Assembly: GCF_018977255.1 (NCBI RefSeq) | Contig: NW_024704742.1 | Location: 25,794,001-25,858,000 of the forward strand | Direction of reading: 5' to 3' | Origin: Callorhinchus milii | Lineage: Eukaryota | Length of the DNA stretch: 64,000 nt | In this document: positions 52,958-64,000 of the stretch, piece after piece | Position numbering within the stretch: position 1 is the stretch's first letter | How the letters are laid out: the number at the start of each line of letters is the position of its first letter | Position numbers and translations under genes: made by a program | The notes under the pieces: generated by a model | What the model was told of the DNA's origin: nothing | The model's input: the letters and a program-made list of their open reading frames with translations, nothing else | Databases searched by the model: none

Positions 52958-53750
52958 TAAGAACAGCAACAACTTGCACTTATATAGCACCCTGCATGCA
53001 GGGTAGTGTCTCAGAGCACTTAACTGTGGCAGAGCCTGACTCTGAGATGGGGTGGGAGGAGGTGGCTGTAAGCACGGTCGAAGAGGAAGGTTTTCAGGCG
53101 GAACTTGAAAAAGTGGAGTGAGGGGGCAAGGCGGAGGGATTGAGGGAGAGTTTTGGGGTATAGTTGCTGAAAGCGCAACCTCCGATGGTGGGGTGGAGGG
53201 TACGAGGGACGAGCAGGAGCCCGGTGCCAGTCAAGTGGGGCTACCGGATAGTGGATTGGGGAATGAGGAGATGGGAGAGGTAGAGAGGTGCCAGAGCATG
53301 AAGGGATTTGAACACAAGTGTGAGGATCTTGAAGCAGATCCGTTCGATGATGGGGAGCCACTGGAGCCTGGTCAGAACTGGAGAAATGTGGGTACGTAGT
53401 TTGATGCAGGTAAGTATGCAGGTGGCAGAGTTCTGAATGAGCCGGATGTTTTTAATAGTAGAGCTGGGGAGACGGAGTTCCTTTGTGTAATCCAGGCGGA
53501 AGGTGATAAACGCATGCATGAGGGGTTAGGCTAGATTTGGGGTAAGATATGGTCGGAGGCGGGCAATGTGGCGGAGCTGGAAGAAGATGGTACTGGTCAG
53601 AGGAGGAAGGACAACTGTGGGTTGAACCAGACGCCTAGATTGCGCACTGGTTTGGTGAGTCTGAGAGAGAGCCCAGGGAGGTTAAGGAGTTCAGATCCGC
53701 AGGAGTGAAGACGTTGACGGGAGCCAAGGAGTATGGCTTCCATCTTGTCC
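52958..53750 (-). mobile_element. L2 LINE 3' part
   Basis: HAFITFRLDY, HISPVLTRLQWLPI and LKTFLFDRAY. Confidence 0.9.
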
Positions 53751-53779
53751 ACAGTAATGAGGTATTCCGAGTTATGTAC

Positions 53780-53923
53780 CTGATTTGTCCTGTTGGAGTT
53801 CAGGCTTTGACTTCTCTCTAAGGAATGAAAGAATGCTCTGTGTTCCTAAGTGTACCACTTCCATAGGTGGAAACTGCAGTGGGCAGTTCCTCAGACTAAT
53901 TGCTTTCAGAGATAATACGTTTC
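53780..53923 (-). CDS. LRRC27: LRRC27-like exon 4 (NVLSLKAISLRNCPLQFPPMEVVHLGTQSILSFLREKSKPELQQDKS)
   Basis: tttatttag acceptor, G|GTACA donor, 144 nt, phase 1 to 1; LRR cap matching recalled LKALNLRHCPLEFPP; absent from the ORF track. Confidence 0.92.
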
Positions 53924-55642
53924 CTAAATAAACAAAATATATAATTTGAGTTAAAAACTTTGTTTTTTCTATTCAAAATTTTATACATCTGTATAGACAT
54001 TTAACATTGAAAAACTTTAGTGAAGCACCAAGATTGCAAAAATAATACAATTAGAGCTTGGAGGTGAAAGAGAGATTGCTCATCAGATGACACACATTTT
54101 CTTGAATTCTGTCCAGGTGTGTGAGAGAGGTGCTCAAAATGAAAATAAGGCTGAATCTTTTAAGAATTGATCGTCCATAAGGCAACTAGTTCAAAAAGAA
54201 TACAAGCAGGATTTTCGAGAAATGAAAGAAGAAATGAGTGAGACTCTACAGGCACTGTAGCCTCCTACATGAGGAGTATAGGAAAAACAAATATTTAACC
54301 TGTTATCAAAATGAGACATATCCAGGAAATTATAAACAAGTTGCAATGTCATATAGTAGTGGGGATAATGTTTCAAAGTGATACGGAAGACTAGCTATCT
54401 TCATCTAATGAGCAGAGAAGCTATAAGGATTAATTAACATGGATTGGAAACAACTGATTACTAGAAATATTTGAGAAAGTATCTAAACTTGGCAGATGAA
54501 GACCATCCAGTGTATATAAAACTTGGATTTTCAGAAGTTAATTGTTAAAGTTACACCTGAGATTTATTTTGCTCAATGGATCAAGGTATATTAAGCACAA
54601 GGGGATGGCTAGTGATGTTTGTCAAGAGTCTGGGTTGGTTGCAGTGCAATCAATTCTTAATTACTTAGGGAAGAGAAATTCTCACAATATCATAACATTT
54701 GCTGATACATTACAATTTGCATTTATATAGCATTTATAGAGCATCTTTCAAGGCAGGAGGACATCTCAAAGCAATATTGATGATATCTAGGTGGATAATA
54801 TTAGGATAGGTGAAAATTTATATGATCTGAAGAGAAATCACTGTGGCATTCAAAACAGCAACTTGCATTTACATAGTATCCTTCGCATAGAATAGCATCT
54901 TGTAGAGCTTCATAGTGGCAGAGTTGGATGCTGAGCCAGGAGGGGGGAAGTGACCATCAGTGCGGTCGAAGAGTTAAGTTTTCAGGTTGGGTTTGAAGAT
55001 ATCGAGGGAACAATGCGAAGATTCAGAGGTAGGAATTTCCAGAAGTTGAGGGCATGATGAATGAAAGCTAGGCCACCAATGGTGGTGTGGAAGGACATGA
55101 GATGTGCAAAGGCCTGTGTTAACTGAGCAGAGGGGGCAAGCAGGGGCGAGCAGAGGAGGAAGGTACGAGGAGGTCAGAGAGATAGGGAGGTGGTAGAGCA
55201 TGAAGGGAGCATTCAAGCGAAATGCATTTAGATGGATGGATCAAACTGATCACTTCTTGTGTGCATACACCACAATACAATTTACATGTATATCGTGCCT
55301 TACACGTCAGAAGGTCATCTCACAAGCGCTTTACATAGCTGAACCAAAGCAGGAAGTAACATTGACAGTAACCTAATGAATAGGAAGTGAGCTATTTTTT
55401 AGCACGAAAATCCAGCCGGCGCGTGAGAAATTCCCTTTGAAATTATACAATTGGACAGTCACAAAGCATTCCATAGTCTAACAGCTCTCCGTGTAAAAAC
55501 ATATTTGTAACCGCCACCCCCCCCCTCTTCTTTTGCCTATTTGATTCTTACGTAAAGCTTTGCACTTTTTCCACCAAATGTTTGGCGGCCAATAATATTC
55601 GGACAATTCTCCCATTCTCTTCAATGACATGAGATTCCATAC

Positions 55643-55701
55643 CTAATTCAAGTGGCAACTCTTGGATTGGATTTCGCTCCAGCAAAAGGGTTTGAAGGCA
55701 T
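55643..55701 (-). CDS. LRRC27: LRRC27-like exon 3 (CLQTLLLERNPIQELPLELG)
   Basis: ctttttcag acceptor, G|GTATG donor, 59 nt, phase 2 to 1; matches recalled LRRC27 LKTLLLERNPIKMLPVELG. Confidence 0.93.
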
Positions 55702-56472
55702 CTGAAAAAGATTAAATAGCTTAAGAACAACAACAGATCAAAAAGAAAGGTCTTAGGATGGAGCTTAAAAATGGGTAAGGAGGAGGTGAGGCAGAGGGAG
55801 TTACAGAGAGAGGAGGGGGGCAGGATGGAAGCTTGCCCACTAATGGTGTGTCTGGGCAAGGGGATTGAATCAGGGAGCTCCGGAGATAAGGGGCATAGTG
55901 GCTGAAGATATGGCCACCAATGGTGGGTAGGAGGGGTTGGAGGACTCCCAGCAGGTTGCGTTACCTCAGTGAATGGGGTGGACAGAGAAGTGGGGATGAA
56001 CATTCATATCACTTGTATAATGTTTAATCTCACAGAATAAGGAAATGTTTAAGGTTACAGATAGAACTGCCCTTCTTCCCCTGAGCCTCATTTGAGGCCA
56101 GATTGAAAATGGGTTTGAGTTGAACAATGAAATTTAAAAGAGGAAACTGTATTGTGCAATGTATTGCCTCCAGGACTGTGCAATCCCTTGTGACGTGGCA
56201 TCCATAACTAAATTATAACCAGCTGTGGCCTACCCAGAACACTGTAAAATTGTACATTATTAAATCCCTGCAGCAGGAAACTTTTACATAATATATATAT
56301 TATATGCATAATATATACTCTGCAAATGGTCCAAGAGAAAATATCACCATTAGAGACGGTGAAATCAGTTAAACCTGATTTTCTATGCCTCTATTTCTGA
56401 ATGGAGATGCCGTGATTGAACATCATTGTATCTTAACATTTCTATAGCAGCATTAGGATCTTGGACCCAAAC

Positions 56473-56603
56473 CTGTGGTTTCCAATAGTACTGGGTAGCT
56501 GCTGCAAGATGTTGTGCCTCAAGTCCAACCATACCAGTTGTGGCAGATGATCAAATAATTCTTCTGGTAACCTTCTAAGTAAATTTCCTTCCAGGTATAG
56601 ATG
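56473..56603 (-). CDS. LRRC27: LRRC27-like exon 2 (HLYLEGNLLRRLPEELFDHLPQLVWLDLRHNILQQLPSTIGNHR)
   Basis: ttcttgcag acceptor, AG|GTTTG donor, 131 nt, phase 0 to 2; two canonical LRR motifs resembling recalled LRRC27 LTWLDLRYN. Confidence 0.93.
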
Positions 56604-58233
56604 CTGCAAGAAACCAGAAGCCAAATCAACTTGTTAAAAGCAAATGACATATATTCACAATTTTAGATAAATACATAAAGTGTACACACACATAGACTTG
56701 CTCAGAAAATACACATTTAAAATAATTAGATATACTGTACCATTAAAGACCCCACAGCACTATTTTAAGAGAGAAAGGAGTTCCTCCAAGTGTTCCAGCC
56801 AATAATCCCCCAAATAAAATTGGCCATTCACTTCATGGCTATTTGTTAGACATTGCTCTGCACAAATTGGCTGCCTCATTCAACAGCAACAATGACAAAT
56901 TACATTTGTATAGTGCCTTTCACGTCAGGATGACGTCCCAAGGCACTGGACAGTCAGGGATGCGCACCTGAGCTGATGGTTGGGATCAGGATGTATAAAT
57001 ATACAGTCACTACACTTCACGATAAAATCCTGTGAATTGCTTTGAGACAGGGACATAGAATGTAGGCTTGGATGCTGAGCAAGAGTGAAGGGAGTGGGGG
57101 ATGTGACCATATATCATTTGATTGAAGAAGTAAGTTTTAAGGTAGGTTTTTAAGGAAATGATTTGATTCCATGTTCTTATAAATTATTTGTATAAATTAT
57201 TTGTGTGGCCATTGCTGTCTTGGAATTGCTGTAGTATTTTGTGCACAAAACACATAGTCACTATATTTAACAGTATATGCTATGAAATGCTTTGAGACGT
57301 CTTGACAACATGATAAATATGTCAAATACGAGGATTATTATTATTATAGTATTTGCGTAAGTAACATATTATATCAAGATCCTGGTCTATGAACTTATTG
57401 TGTAATAATCATGTACCGTAAATTAAGATCTTTATCTGGTCTATTTCCTAATGTTCCCAACACATGGTACCAGTTACATAAACACTGGCCCAAATTACCA
57501 AATTCCCAGATATATCCTATTCCTGTTCTTCCAGCAAGTGTCACATCTACAAAGGCATCTATAATTTCCTCACTTAGATGACCGCAAACATGTGGAAGGT
57601 ATAAAGTATAAATCCTAAAACTAACTTGATTATTATCTTCTGTTGCTTGTATATACATATTGCCAAAGGTAAATTAGAATTCAATGGAAAGAGAGTCAAA
57701 GTATCCATGATAGGTATTTAGGGAATTATCTTCCAGGTTACAGTCAAGGGTAATTTTTGCTAGATTTTCAACTGGTTTTGATAAGAAAAAGGACCAGTGG
57801 AAAATTTGCTTTCACCAGTAAAAGTACGTATATGATGTATACATGAGGGAGAAGGGAATAAAAGGGAATTGGAGAAGGGATCAGGAGGAGTGGAGGATCA
57901 TGTGAATTATAAACACCGGCACAGACTAATTCAGACAAAGGACCTGTTTCAATGTTGTAACTTTCTATACCAAACCTTTCTTCAACAACCATTCCGAGGA
58001 CTGGGCAAAATGGCTTTTATATAAGGGTGGCCTTTGAGTAAGTTGTGCAAAACAGGCTGTCCAAGGGTGGTTGTTATCAGGGGGTGGTTGCTGAATTGAG
58101 GGAGTTGCTTTCGGCCCAACATTTGCGCCATGACCTGCTTTGCCTTCCCCCACCTCCGCAACGATGCCTGGCTCCGACACTGTCTCACACTGTAGGCCGC
58201 CAAAACCCTCATATACGCCTTCATTACATCGAG

Positions 58234-58816
58234 GCTCGACTATGCAAACTCACTGCTTGTCGGCCTCCCCAACTCCTCCCTCCACAGACTGCAGATCATC
58301 CAGAACTTTTCAGCCTGTGTCCTTTCCCGCACTAGGCTCTGCGACCCTATCACCCCCATCCTCGCCCAACTCCACTGGCTTCCCATCACACAGAGAATAC
58401 AATTCAAGATCCTGGTCCTCACCTTCAAAGCCCTCCATGGTCTCGCTCCCCCCTACCTCTCAGACCTCCTAACCACCTACCACCCTGTTCGCTCCCTCCG
58501 CTCGGTGGGCTCTGGCCTGCTTCATGCCCCCCGCCTTGCTCGCCCCACTATCGGCGGGCAGGCGTTCCGCCACTCTGAACCCACCCTCTGGAACTCCATC
58601 CCGCAGTACCTCCGTCTCGCCCCCTCCCTCGCCACCTTCAAGACCCACCTCAAGGCCCTCCTCTTCAACCGTGCTTTCGATCTCCCTGATTCCCTCCCTG
58701 CCCTTCCCCCTCCCCCACCCAGATCCTCAGCTCGGGTCCGTAAGTCTGTCTGTCCAGCGCCTTGGGACGTCCTCCCAATGTGAAAGGTGCTATACAAATG
58801 TAATTTTGTTGTTGTT
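58234..58816 (+). mobile_element. Young L2 LINE 3' part
   Basis: ITPILAQLHWLP and LWNSIP...FKTHLKALLF; (GTT)n tail; CpGs retained. Confidence 0.92.
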
Positions 58817-59489
58817 ACTTGAACAGCTTTAACGGTAATTCTAAATTCATTTATATTTAATAGGTACATTTAAAAATCTGATTTATTTTCTGTCTGAATG
58901 GGATGATTTTAATGAAGTACAGATTTTAGTACTATATCATTGTATTAGCATCTGGTGAACAGTCAAACATTTAACAAATTGAGGTGTTCAATCATGCAAT
59001 TACTTTTTAAAATGTGCTTATGATTAATCATGCATATTATTAACATTGAAGATATGCATTAGAGGCACCAGAACTGTGCTGCTTATACATGCATGCATAC
59101 ATACACACACACACACACACCCAGACACATACACGTACATAATACTTTTGGTAAACTTGGCAACGACAAATAGATCATGCTGAATGCTGTGTAATAAACA
59201 AGTTTCTGAACAACAAAAGCAAGTTCTTTAATTAAATTTTGTTGTTCGTGCCTATAATAATATTTTCCACAAATCAATTTGGCATGACCATATTTACCGC
59301 TGTTAAGGATTTCACTCAATAAACAACCAGGATTTAATAATTTGCTATTTTCATTATCAACAGATTTATGAAATTATGATGGTTCCCTTTGAGTACAGTA
59401 AAACTATGCTGCGTTTATTAAACTTGGCAAAGACAAATAGATAATGCTGAATGTTGTGCAATAAACAAGTTAATTGTTTATTTTGCTGG

Positions 59490-60718
59490 AAAAATTCACC
59501 AATTTCGCTTCCACCTTCCACCCCTCCATAACATTCACATGGTTCATCTTCGACTCGTCCCTTCCCTTCCTCGACTCCACCATTTCCATCTTGGGGCATA
59601 GATTATCTACAAATATCTTATACAAGTCCACCAACTCCCACAGTTACCTGGACTACACTTCCTCCCACCCCACCTCCTGTAAAGACTCCATTCCCTTTTC
59701 CCAGTTCCTCCGCCTCCACCACTTCTGCTCTGACGGTGCCACCTTTCACACCAGAGCAGCTGAAATGTCTTCCTTTATCCTCGACCAAGGATTCCCATCC
59801 AGTGTGGTAGGTAGGGCCCTTGACTGTGCCCGCCCTATTACCCTCACCTCTGCCCTCACCCCTTCTCCCTCTTCTATTATTATTATTATTCCCAGAACCA
59901 TGATAGTGTCCCCCTAGTCCTCACCTTCCACCCCACCAGCCTCAACATCCAACAAATAATTCTCTGCCATTTCCAGCACCTCCAGCGTAATCAAGCCGCT
60001 AAACATATCTTTCCTTTCCCCTCCCCTCTCAGCATTTCGAAGGGACCATTCCCTCCGTGACTCCCTGGTTCATTCCTCCCATCACCACCGACAGTTGCTC
60101 TTCTCCCCCTGGCACCTTCCCATGCCAGCGTAGGAGATGCAATACCTGCCCTTTCACCTCCTCCCATACCACTGTCCAGGGCCAAACACAGTTTTCAAGT
60201 GAGATAGTGATTTACGTGCACTACCACCAATGTAGTTTACTGTATTCACTGCTCACAATGTGGTCTCCTCTACATTGGGGAGACCAAATGCAGATTGGGT
60301 GACCGATTTGCCGAACACCTCCATTCTGTCCGCAAGCACAACCCTGAGCTTCCAGTTGCTACCACTTCAACTCTCCCTCCCACTCGCACTCTGACCTCTC
60401 CATCCACGGTCTCCTATGCTGTTCCAATGAACCACAATGCAAACTCGAGGAGCAGCACCTCATTTATCTGCTAAGGGCCTTACAGCCCTCTGGCCACAAT
60501 GTTGATTTCAACAATTTCAGATCATAACAGCTCATCTTCCTCCTCCCCTCTTCTGTAACCATTACCACATCATCTGGGTCCCAGACACACCTTTTCTCTC
60601 TCTCCTTGACTCACTTTCCTTTCTCCATAGATGCTGTCTGACCTGCTGAGTGTTCCCAGCGACTTCTGTTTTTGTTTCAGGTTTCCAGCATCTGCAGTAT
60701 TTTGTGTTTTGTTTTCTG
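59490..60718 (+). mobile_element. Penelope-like retroelement (RT C-terminus, GIY-YIG endonuclease, terminal repeat remnant), degenerate
   Basis: FHPSITFT...LPFLD...SHSYLDYTSSHP...IPFSQFLRL; NVVYCIHCSQCGLLYIGETKCRLGDRFAEHL at about 60228-60320. Confidence 0.92.
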
Positions 60719-60874
60719 CATTTATTGATGTTGGACTGTCATATACAGCATCAAAATGATGTCAAATTATACCTTGGTACAAACTTGCACTTGTTGTCCA
60801 GTGATACAAGTCAGGAGTAAACTCCAACCACTCCCTTCGCATGGAAGAAGTAGAAACAATAATCTCATCCAGCT

Positions 60875-61190
60875 GAGTACTGTAGCTCAGTGGTTAGAGC
60901 ACTCGCTTTGCAAACGAGAGACCTGAGTTCAATTCCAGGCAGGGCGAAACCTTGGGCAAGTTTCCTTACTCCACACAGAGCCTAATAATAATCCCTCCAA
61001 AACCAAAACCAATAATAAATTGGTCATTTTCAATCTATGACTGTTTGTGGGACATTGCTGTGCGCAATTGGCTGCCGTGTTCGCCCACAAATATACGGTC
61101 AATTCACTTTACAGTGTGTTCTGTGAAGCGCTTTGGGATGTCCTTCTGACGTGAAAAGCGCTATATCAAATGCAAGGTTTATTATTATTA
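60875..61190 (+). mobile_element. Young tRNA-derived SINE
   Basis: Near-identical to 9036-9352. Confidence 0.92.
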
Positions 61191-61314
61191 CTACTGTATT
61201 ACTGTTACAAACCAAGATACTGCCAAACATGCATTAGCGTGAACAAAGTTACACTAACTATTTCACCCACTCTTTTTACATTGCTAGTACAAGTTAAAAT
61301 ATCAAATTTGATTT

Positions 61315-61850
61315 GAAACCATAGAAATATACAGCACAGAAAAAGGCCATTTGGCTCATCATATCTCTGAGTGCTCCTTGAAAGAGTAATTCATTCTGTC
61401 CTATTTACCTGCATTTCCCCCAAACCCCTGCAGATTATTCCTTTTAGATACCTATTTAGTATCTTCTTGAAAGTTGATATGGATCCTACCTTTACCAATG
61501 CATCCAGAAGACCATACCATATCCTAACAACTCTCTGTGTAAAATAATTCCTCCTATCTCTTTCTTTGCCAACTATCTTAAAGTTATGTCCTCTATCCAC
61601 TAGCTCACCAACCAATGGAAATAATGTATCTATCTACTCAATCAAAACCACTCATAATTTTAAAGACCTCTTTCAGATTTCCCTCAACTTTGTTCCAACG
61701 AAAATCTGCTCTTTTACTCCTTTTACAATGTTACCATTGCTCTCCCCGATCTTCCTCCCCAAAAGCCTAACTTTAGACATTTTTAATTTCATTTGCCATC
61801 TCTCTGCTCAAACAACTAGTGTGTCTGTGTCCTCCTGCAGCTTCATAGAA
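61315..61850 (-). mobile_element. Old CR1 fragment
   Basis: RGHNFKI...YFTQRVVRIW peptide; CR1-type tail. Confidence 0.8.
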
Positions 61851-63565
61851 TCCTTAACACCTACTGAACAGGCGATTGGGACCTTGATTTGATGTATTGT
61901 AGTTCACCATATGATGGCTGATTCCAGTGTCCTTCTCAAGATCATTGGATGGATGGAGGTGCCATCTTTTGGATGGGATGTTAAACCAAAATCCTGCTTG
62001 GTTGTTCAAGTGAGTATTAAGGACTGATCAGACTATTTGAAAAACCAAGGGAATTTCTTCTGGTGTCCTTTGTTTTTGGTAAGTCTGGTCCCACATGCGG
62101 AAACGCATCACCATGTTTAAGAGTAGCCAAACCTGACTGAGAGTTCCATGCATCTCAACTATACATGGAAATTCCTGTGTCCAGAATCAAATACACACTT
62201 TCTTCCTGGAGGAGCAGATTATGCTAATCTAATTCTGGAGAGTATTAGGTCCAAGGCTTGGGAATCCCAGAGTTTGACTTGCGGTACCACTGGAGTTTAA
62301 CAAGCTAAAATCTCATAGCTTACCCTTGAGAGCACTGTCTGGCAAGCTTCTCACTGCTTGTCCAGCTAGGACCACCCTATGGCTGTTTATAGAACATTCT
62401 TTTGCAAACTGGCAGATGCATTTATCCATAAAAACAGTCGCTACCATTCTAGATAGTTAGTAGCAAATCTAAAATTGAGTTTAGGAGGAATTTCTTTACC
62501 CAGAGGGCAGTGAGAATGTGGAACTGTGGTTAAAGCAAAAAGTATCAGCATATTAAGAGGAAACTTGATCCATACATGAGGAAGAAGGAAATAGCAGTGC
62601 CATAGGAGAAAGAATTAGGAGGGTGGAGGACCGTGTTGAGTATAAATCCTGGCATGGACTGATTGGGCCAAATAATAATGGTCTGTTTCCATGCCGTAAC
62701 GTTCTTGTAATAATAATTTAGTCACTCAATCCACGACTGTTTGTGGGACACTGCTGCGCATTATTGCCCATCGCATTTTGCCCAAAAATAAATATACAGT
62801 CAATTCACTTTACAGTATATTCTGTCAAGCGCTTTGAGACATCTCAAAGACATAATAAGGTGCTGTATCAAATGCAAGGATTATTATTATTGTATTTCCT
62901 TACAGTAAAATGCTGTGAAACACTATAGGTGTTCTGGTGATGTTGCACTGTCAAATGCAATGATTATTGTTACAAAGCAAGGGGGTGTTTGGGGTTTACT
63001 GGGTTCCCAATTACAAAAACACTGAGGGCTGCAGTACTACACTGGGGGCGGATTCACATTTGAAAGGAAAATTCACATTGACGTTGTTCCAACTGAAATG
63101 GACCTTCAGCTGAGATGTTAAACCAAAGTCCCGCCTGCCTGTTCAAGCCGATGTTAAAGATCCCATGGCACGATTTGAAAAGAGAAGGGAGTTTCTCATG
63201 GTATCCTGGCCAACAATCCCCCAAATAAAATTGGGTCACTCACTCTAAGGCTGTTTGTTGGACACTGCTGTACGCGAATTGGCTGCCGCATTTGCCCACA
63301 CGGTGAATCCACTTTGCAGTATATCCTGTGAATCACTTTGAGACGTCTTGATGGCGTGATAAGCAGCGATATCAAAATGCAATATTACCATCATCGTCAT
63401 TAGAACAGCCCCCAAAGCTCTCTTGTAAGTTTCATCAGTGGAAATAAGCAAAGCAAAGCAAGACAGCCAGGGTTAGGGGAGAGTGTGGGGAGGGGGGGGA
63501 GGCACAAACAGTGGACCTAACAACAAATGCACGCCAGACAGACAGGACACCCCGGTCGGTGTTAC

Positions 63566-63775
63566 CTGCAGATAAGTTGCCAAAGTGTCACACTTGAGAA
63601 GGGTGAGGTTGGTCTTGTTAAGGTCCAGGGAGTTGGTAAGACACCAGGCGTCACTGTGTGGCTCCCTGGCTGCGGGGGGTTTGCTGGGGAGTCTGTGGCG
63701 GCTGCTGGTGGGGAAGGTTTGAGGCTCAGGTGTGGGACTGGTCCCCTGACTCCTGCTGTCGGGATCGCCCTCCAT
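63566..63775 (-). CDS. LRRC27: LRRC27-like, coding exon 1 (MEGDPDS...SLDLNKTNLTLLKCDTLATYLQ)
   Basis: ATG in a CpG-rich region; 210 nt open; ends CAG|GTAAC (phase 0); first LRR-like motif LDLNxxNL; joins the next exon in frame. Confidence 0.85.
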
Positions 63776-63949
63776 TCACTCGGATCCCTGCGGCTGCATA
63801 CACTCTCCAACAACCACGAGCCTCGGCCGAAAGGTTGTTGCAAAACCGGAGACGTGCAAACGGTTCCTGGTTTCCTTCGGTTTGCGATCTTCGAGGGGAA
63901 CAAGACCGAGGGGAGCGGCTCCCATTCCCGGGCAGTCACCCCGGGCGGT

Positions 63950-64000
63950 CAGGGCAGGGCAGGGCAGGGCAGGGCTGGGCTGGGCTGGGCAGGTCAGGGC
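63950..64000 (+). repeat. (CAGGG/CTGGG)n pentamer repeat running to the window end
   Basis: About ten tandem CWGGG units, read directly. Confidence 0.95.

Larger units (their letters stand above)
63480..64000. promoter_or_regulatory. CpG-rich 5' region / probable promoter of the LRRC27-like gene
   Basis: Extended GC- and CpG-rich non-repeat stretch containing the start codon, in an otherwise AT-rich window. Confidence 0.7.

Noticed and set aside
63562..63939. 125-aa overlapping ORF as the true start
   Set aside because: Its frame does not splice into the LRR exon and has no LRR motif; at most an overlapping upstream ORF
1..64000. CRISPR arrays, operons or prokaryotic defence systems
   Set aside because: Intron-containing vertebrate DNA; repeats are dispersed retroposons, with no regular repeat-spacer array

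Overview
Eukaryotic, vertebrate genomic DNA. The repeat set (CR1 LINEs, L2 LINEs with (GTT)n tails, tRNA-headed Deu-domain SINEs with L2-like tails, Penelope) points to a cartilaginous fish, probably a chimaera; this is inference from repeat content only. One host gene is well supported: a minus-strand, multi-exon LRRC27-like gene. It starts in a CpG-rich region at 63775 and ends near 34197. Its LRR exons are well conserved, its middle and C-terminus are strongly diverged, and two exon junctions are unresolved. Almost all other ORFs in the track are transposon fragments or chance ORFs. The most notable structures are: a young 846-bp element with 116-bp inverted arms around old-looking DNA; a Helitron-like element with two 5' ends; a Tigger nested in CR1; repeated antisense L2 insertions into CR1 with tail microhomology and a fold-back junction; a three-tier modular SINE family; and an unclassified A-tailed repeat present in six copies. 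I found no convincing wholly new protein-coding system. All family names come from memory of consensus sequences and need database confirmation.
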